DNA of 30,642 nucleotides from assembly GCA_041178085.1 (NCBI GenBank), contig JBEGVZ010000118.1, positions 1-30,642 on the forward strand. Reading direction: 5' to 3'. Below the pieces are notes generated by a model. It saw only the letters and a list, made by a program, of their open reading frames with translations. It was not told the origin of the DNA and did not search any database. The translations under genes were made by a program, and so were the position numbers. The stretch is from Pseudomonadota bacterium (GTDB lineage Bacteria > Bdellovibrionota_B > Oligoflexia > Oligoflexales > RGVZ01). Shown one piece after another: positions 27,588 to 30,642 of the stretch; positions within the stretch are counted from its first letter, which is position 1; each line of letters starts with the position of its first letter.

Positions 27588-27780
27588 CCAAGGCTGTTCA
27601 CAACACTTGATCACGCGGGTGGGTGGGGCAATCGGCGTGAGCAGGCCGAAACCTATGATTAGAGGCAATCTGGCCAAATCGCGAAGCGACTGATCACAGT
27701 CGAGTGAACAGGCTGATCAGGTTGTTCAGAGGTTTTAAGGGGTGATCAACTGGGGGTTGTAGAGGACTATTCACTGTTCC
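27532..27780. repeat. Cluster of TG(A/T)TCAC / TGATCA motifs; candidate protein-binding array or origin-like element
   Basis: TGATCA at 27560, 27574, 27608, 27691, 27714 and 27743. TGTTCA at 27595 and 27723, TGAACA at 27705. Variants TGACCA 27585, TGAGCA 27638 and TATTCAC 27768. Confidence 0.85.
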
Positions 27781-27930
27781 GGTCTACAAGAGGGGCATCC
27801 GGTTCTGTAATATCAACTCCTGGTATCTAGCCAACATCGCTTCCCTGTACTTTGAAAGCTCACTGGCTTGGAATCACCACCGGTCGATTTCACAAAACTC
27901 TGCGCACCCACTTTTCGATACGCGATGCGA

Positions 27931-28950
27931 TCAAACGTTCATCGAAAAGGGCTTCGCATTCATCCAAACACTTGCCAGGATTTTGGCGCTGGCCTTGCCG
28001 CCTTCAATTTTCTTAGCGAGACTGCTGCCTGCCTTCTGGATCTTGTTAACGGTCATCTTCACGGATTCGCTCTTCTTCAGAGCCGCTGAGAGTTGATCCT
28101 GGGTCACGTAATAGATGACGGTTCCAGGGGTCAGGTTGTCCGGATCGTCGATCAGGTCGTTTTGACGCCAGATTGACTTCCAGTTGCGGTGTTTACCAAA
28201 GATACGCTTGGAAATGGTTGCCAGAGTTTCGCCTGCCTGGACGGTCGTTGTGCCGCGACGCAAACTTTCGTAGGTCTGGGCAAAAGCCTTCGAGGAATCA
28301 TCCAGGGCATAGTAAATCACATCGCCCGGGTAGATGCGGCTCGGATTGGCCACGCCCGTAAGATCTGCCAGCTCACGCCAGCGCTTCATGTCACCGTAGA
28401 TGCGGCCTGCAATCTTGGACAGCGTGTCGCCTTGCTGGACCACATAGGCCATCTTGGCGCCTGCTTCGGGAAGAGTCACCACCGATGCACCTTCCGGAGC
28501 GGTCGGAGCCACTGCCGGGGCTGCTGGGGTCGTTGCTGCATCTGCTATCGCTGCCGGTGCCTCGGCAGGAGCCGGGGCGCCTGCTGCTGCGTTGGCAGCC
28601 GGATTTGCACCGTTCATGTCGGTGACGATCGACTGAAGCTCACTTTCGGTCGAATTGCCGCCTGCATTCATCGCAGGATCAGTGCCAGCGGCCGGGTTTT
28701 CTGCAACAGCGACTTCATCGCCACCTGCTGCCGAACCATCGGTCTGGCCGTTGTTGAGGGCAGTATTATCCGCCGGTACTTCTCCGTCCTCTGGAACTGC
28801 GGCATTTGCCGATCCGTCCTCGGACACATTTTCTTCCACCGCCTCTACGTCACCTTCTTCTTCGGCCGAGCTGCTGCAGCCCGTGATGCCGAAGTGGGGG
28901 ACGAGAAGCAGTGCCGCCATGACGAAATGGCGAGACCACTTGATCCTCAT
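27931..28950 (-). CDS. LysM peptidoglycan-binding lipoprotein (two LysM domains)
   Basis: Lipobox ITGC and a long acidic/Ala-Pro linker. LysM repeats YVVQQGDTLSKIA...NPSRIYPG and TVQAGETLATIS...DPDNLTPG. The GGAGGA SD fits ATG 28950. Confidence 0.92.
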   Translation of the reverse strand: MRIKWSRHFVMAALLLVPHFGITGCSSSAEEEGDVEAVEENVSEDGSANAAVPEDGEVPADNTALNNGQTDGSAAGGDEVAVAENPAAGTDPAMNAGGNSTESELQSIVTDMNGANPAANAAAGAPAPAEAPAAIADAATTPAAPAVAPTAPEGASVVTLPEAGAKMAYVVQQGDTLSKIAGRIYGDMKRWRELADLTGVANPSRIYPGDVIYYALDDSSKAFAQTYESLRRGTTTVQAGETLATISKRIFGKHRNWKSIWRQNDLIDDPDNLTPGTVIYYVTQDQLSAALKKSESVKMTVNKIQKAGSSLAKKIEGGKASAKILASVWMNAKPFSMNV

Positions 28951-28990
28951 CTTCACTCCTCCAAAAAAAAGTTAAAGAACCACGTCGAGG

Positions 28991-29018
28991 TTCTCGGCGC
29001 GAAGTTCACGAAGCTTTA
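28991..29018 (-). promoter_or_regulatory. Putative sigma28 (FliA) promoter of the LysM gene
   Basis: Minus strand TAAAGCTT (29018-29011), 12 nt, GCCGAGAA (28998-28991). Both boxes match the consensus at 7 of 8 positions. Confidence 0.7.
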
Positions 29019-29020
29019 AT

Positions 29021-29049
29021 TTCCCGAAGCGGCGATTCGGCACTATAAT
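29021..29049 (+). promoter_or_regulatory. Putative sigma70 promoter of the dcw cluster
   Basis: Perfect TATAAT at 29044-29049, a weak -35 TTCCCG at 29021-29026 (17-nt spacer), and a GGGAGG SD at 29056-29061. Confidence 0.6.
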
Positions 29050-29065
29050 TTCAAAGGGAGGCGTC

Positions 29066-30061
29066 ATGACAGGGCAGCAGGCAAATAATTCCGGGCAGCG
29101 TTTCGCGCATACGACCGTCCTTCTCAAGGAGTCGGTGGACGCGCTCGCCTTGGCGCCCGGCGATTATGCCATCGACTGCACACTCGGCGGCGGCGGCCAC
29201 ACGCGCCTCATGCTGGAAGCTGTTGGTAAGAATGGAAAAGTGTTTGCTTTTGACCGTGATTCCAGGGCGATCGAAAACGCGCGTTTCACCCTGACGACCG
29301 AGATTGCAAACGGCCAGCTGGTCCTTGTTCACGCGGCATTTTCAACCATGCCTGAATGGATAAGAACAAATGGATTGGCGGGTAAAATCGCCGGGATTCT
29401 TGCCGACCTTGGCGTCAGCAGTCCTCAAATTGACGAAGCAGAACGCGGATTTTCATTCGTCAAGGACGGGCCTCTCGACATGCGCATGGATACCCGCACT
29501 GCAACCAGTGCTGCAGACCTTGTAAACAACATGGACGAGAAGGAACTGGGAAAATTGTTCCTTGAATTTGGCGAGGAACCAAAAGCACGACATTTCGCCA
29601 AAATGATCTGCAGGCAACGGCAGGCGAAACCATTTCTAACGACGCTCCAGCTGGCTGACTTCATCGACGCGCATTCGCCCTATCACGGGCCCAGTCGAAA
29701 GCATCCAGCCACCAGGATTTTCCAGGCACTGAGGATTGCCGTTAATGATGAGATGGGCGAGCTCGTGCGTTTTTTAAACGGCTCGCTGCCAGTCCTTCGT
29801 CCACAGGGGCACCTGGCCATCATTACGTTTCACTCCCTGGAGGACCGCGCCGTGAAACGTTTTTTTCTGGACGCCTCAGGAAAGACAAAAAAACAGTCCC
29901 TTGCCCGCCATGTTGCCCTTCCTGAGTCAGAACTTGATAAAATGGTGGAATCGATGGGCGCGGTGGTGCCGCCCTTTCCGCAAGAGCCGTCCGCTGAAGA
30001 GATCGTAGCAAACCCCAGGTCAAGGAGTGCCCGGTTGAGGGCGTTCCGGAAGTCAGGTTGA
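29066..30061 (+). CDS. rsmH: 16S rRNA m4C1402 methyltransferase
   Basis: HTTVLL, DCTLGGGGH, DLGVSSPQID..ERGFSF, GPLDMRMD, HPATRIFQALRIAVNDE, FHSLEDR and NPRSRSARLR. Confidence 0.98.
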   Translation: MTGQQANNSGQRFAHTTVLLKESVDALALAPGDYAIDCTLGGGGHTRLMLEAVGKNGKVFAFDRDSRAIENARFTLTTEIANGQLVLVHAAFSTMPEWIRTNGLAGKIAGILADLGVSSPQIDEAERGFSFVKDGPLDMRMDTRTATSAADLVNNMDEKELGKLFLEFGEEPKARHFAKMICRQRQAKPFLTTLQLADFIDAHSPYHGPSRKHPATRIFQALRIAVNDEMGELVRFLNGSLPVLRPQGHLAIITFHSLEDRAVKRFFLDASGKTKKQSLARHVALPESELDKMVESMGAVVPPFPQEPSAEEIVANPRSRSARLRAFRKSG

Positions 30062-30069
30062 GGTCCGAC

Positions 30070-30327
30070 ATGTTAAGCCAGACCCCCCTATATGTCGTTC
30101 TGCTGATCGCGGCGGCTATCGCCTTCGCCCGGGTTCATCTGCGAGTCAAAACAACCCTCACTGGTTACGAGATCGGTCGCTTGAAAGCCGCCGAGGGGCG
30201 GCTCCTCGCTGAAAAAAGTGAACTAAGCGTTGAACTCGCCCGACTCACTGGCCGGGAGTCTCTTGACACACACGCTGGAGAAGAACTCCAGCCTTCAACC
30301 GGCCAGGCCGAAGGCGGCACGCCATGA
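30070..30327 (+). CDS. ftsL: Cell division protein FtsL-like
   Basis: Short TM plus coiled coil (GYEI..LK.....L..E...L.VELARL), located between rsmH and the PBP gene. TTG 30058 is an alternative start. Confidence 0.75.
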   Translation: MLSQTPLYVVLLIAAAIAFARVHLRVKTTLTGYEIGRLKAAEGRLLAEKSELSVELARLTGRESLDTHAGEELQPSTGQAEGGTP

Positions 30328-30642
30328 AAAGGGGCAAGAACAGGCCGGCGGAACATGCCGGGCGGCTCGCAGGGGGAAGAATACTCCTCGCCTCGCGCCT
30401 TGCCACCGCGGCTTTCATTGTGATCGCCGTCCGGGCCGGCTATTTGCACCTCTTCGCTCCGTCGGCAAAGAACCTCCAAGCTCTAGCCGACAAGCAGTAC
30501 CAGTTGCACGAGGATCTCAGACCGTATCGAGGGGGTGTGTTCGATCGCAGGGAAGAGCCTCTGGCGATCAGCATCCGGACACCATCTCTCGCAGTCAATC
30601 CACGTGTATTCAATCCAGACCATCGCCAGGTAAAAAACCTGT
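30324..30642 (+). CDS. ftsI: Penicillin-binding protein FtsI, 3'-truncated by the window edge
   Basis: My translation is MKRGKNRP...TM...KQYQ....PYRGGVFDRREEPLAIS, matching the class B PBP motif RGxIxDR...LAxS. ATGA overlap with ftsL. Confidence 0.88.
   Translation, partial: MKRGKNRPAEHAGRLAGGRILLASRLATAAFIVIAVRAGYLHLFAPSAKNLQALADKQYQLHEDLRPYRGGVFDRREEPLAISIRTPSLAVNPRVFNPDHRQVKNL

Noticed and set aside
27532..27780. The motif cluster as a CRISPR array, parS, dif, CRP or FNR site
   Set aside because: The repeats are only 6-9 bp with irregular spacing and no cas genes are present. There is no TGTTTCACGTGAAACA and no XerC/XerD arms. The TGTGA...TCACA spacer at 27583-27602 is 10 rather than 6, and there is no TTGAT-N4-ATCAA.
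28189..29019. 276-aa Cys/Arg-rich plus-strand ORF opposite the LysM gene
   Set aside because: Its composition simply mirrors the Ala/Pro codons of the real gene.
1..30642. rRNA, tRNA, SRP RNA, tmRNA, IS elements, prophage or defence genes
   Set aside because: No signature sequences were seen. Intergenic gaps are short and all long genes are accounted for by host functions.

Overview
A gene-dense, moderately GC-rich bacterial chromosome segment. Gene content (AglR/Q/S-GltG-like motor cluster, HD-GYP, RNase J, three-subunit Sdh, amgK-murU-like pair, sigma28-type promoters) suggests a deltaproteobacteria-like or Bdellovibrionota organism; this is inference only. Left to right it contains: the end of an HD-GYP gene; an ExbB-ExbD-ExbD-GltG-like cluster; rnj-nucleosidase-NUDIX-PP2C; M23 peptidase-secA-tail-anchored ORF; a minus-strand run yajC-FadL/PorV-like barrel-M16 peptidase-sdhCAB-rph; a UvrD/Rep helicase; rpoH plus a TonB-like orphan; DAGK-amgK-murU; a LysM lipoprotein; and the start of the dcw cluster (rsmH-ftsL-ftsI, no mraZ). 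I saw no rRNA, tRNA, CRISPR array or mobile element. Three signals stand out. (1) A dense cluster of TG(A/T)TCAC motifs lies between convergent genes at ~27.5-27.8 kb; it may be an origin or other protein-binding array with non-canonical DnaA-box-like sites. (2) In the motor cluster both ExbD-like subunits appear to lack the canonical transmembrane Asp, while the ExbB-like subunit carries an extra Asp. (3) Two sigma28-like promoters precede peptidoglycan-related genes, one of them back-to-back with the dcw promoter. All calls were made by eye from motifs; no database searches were run.
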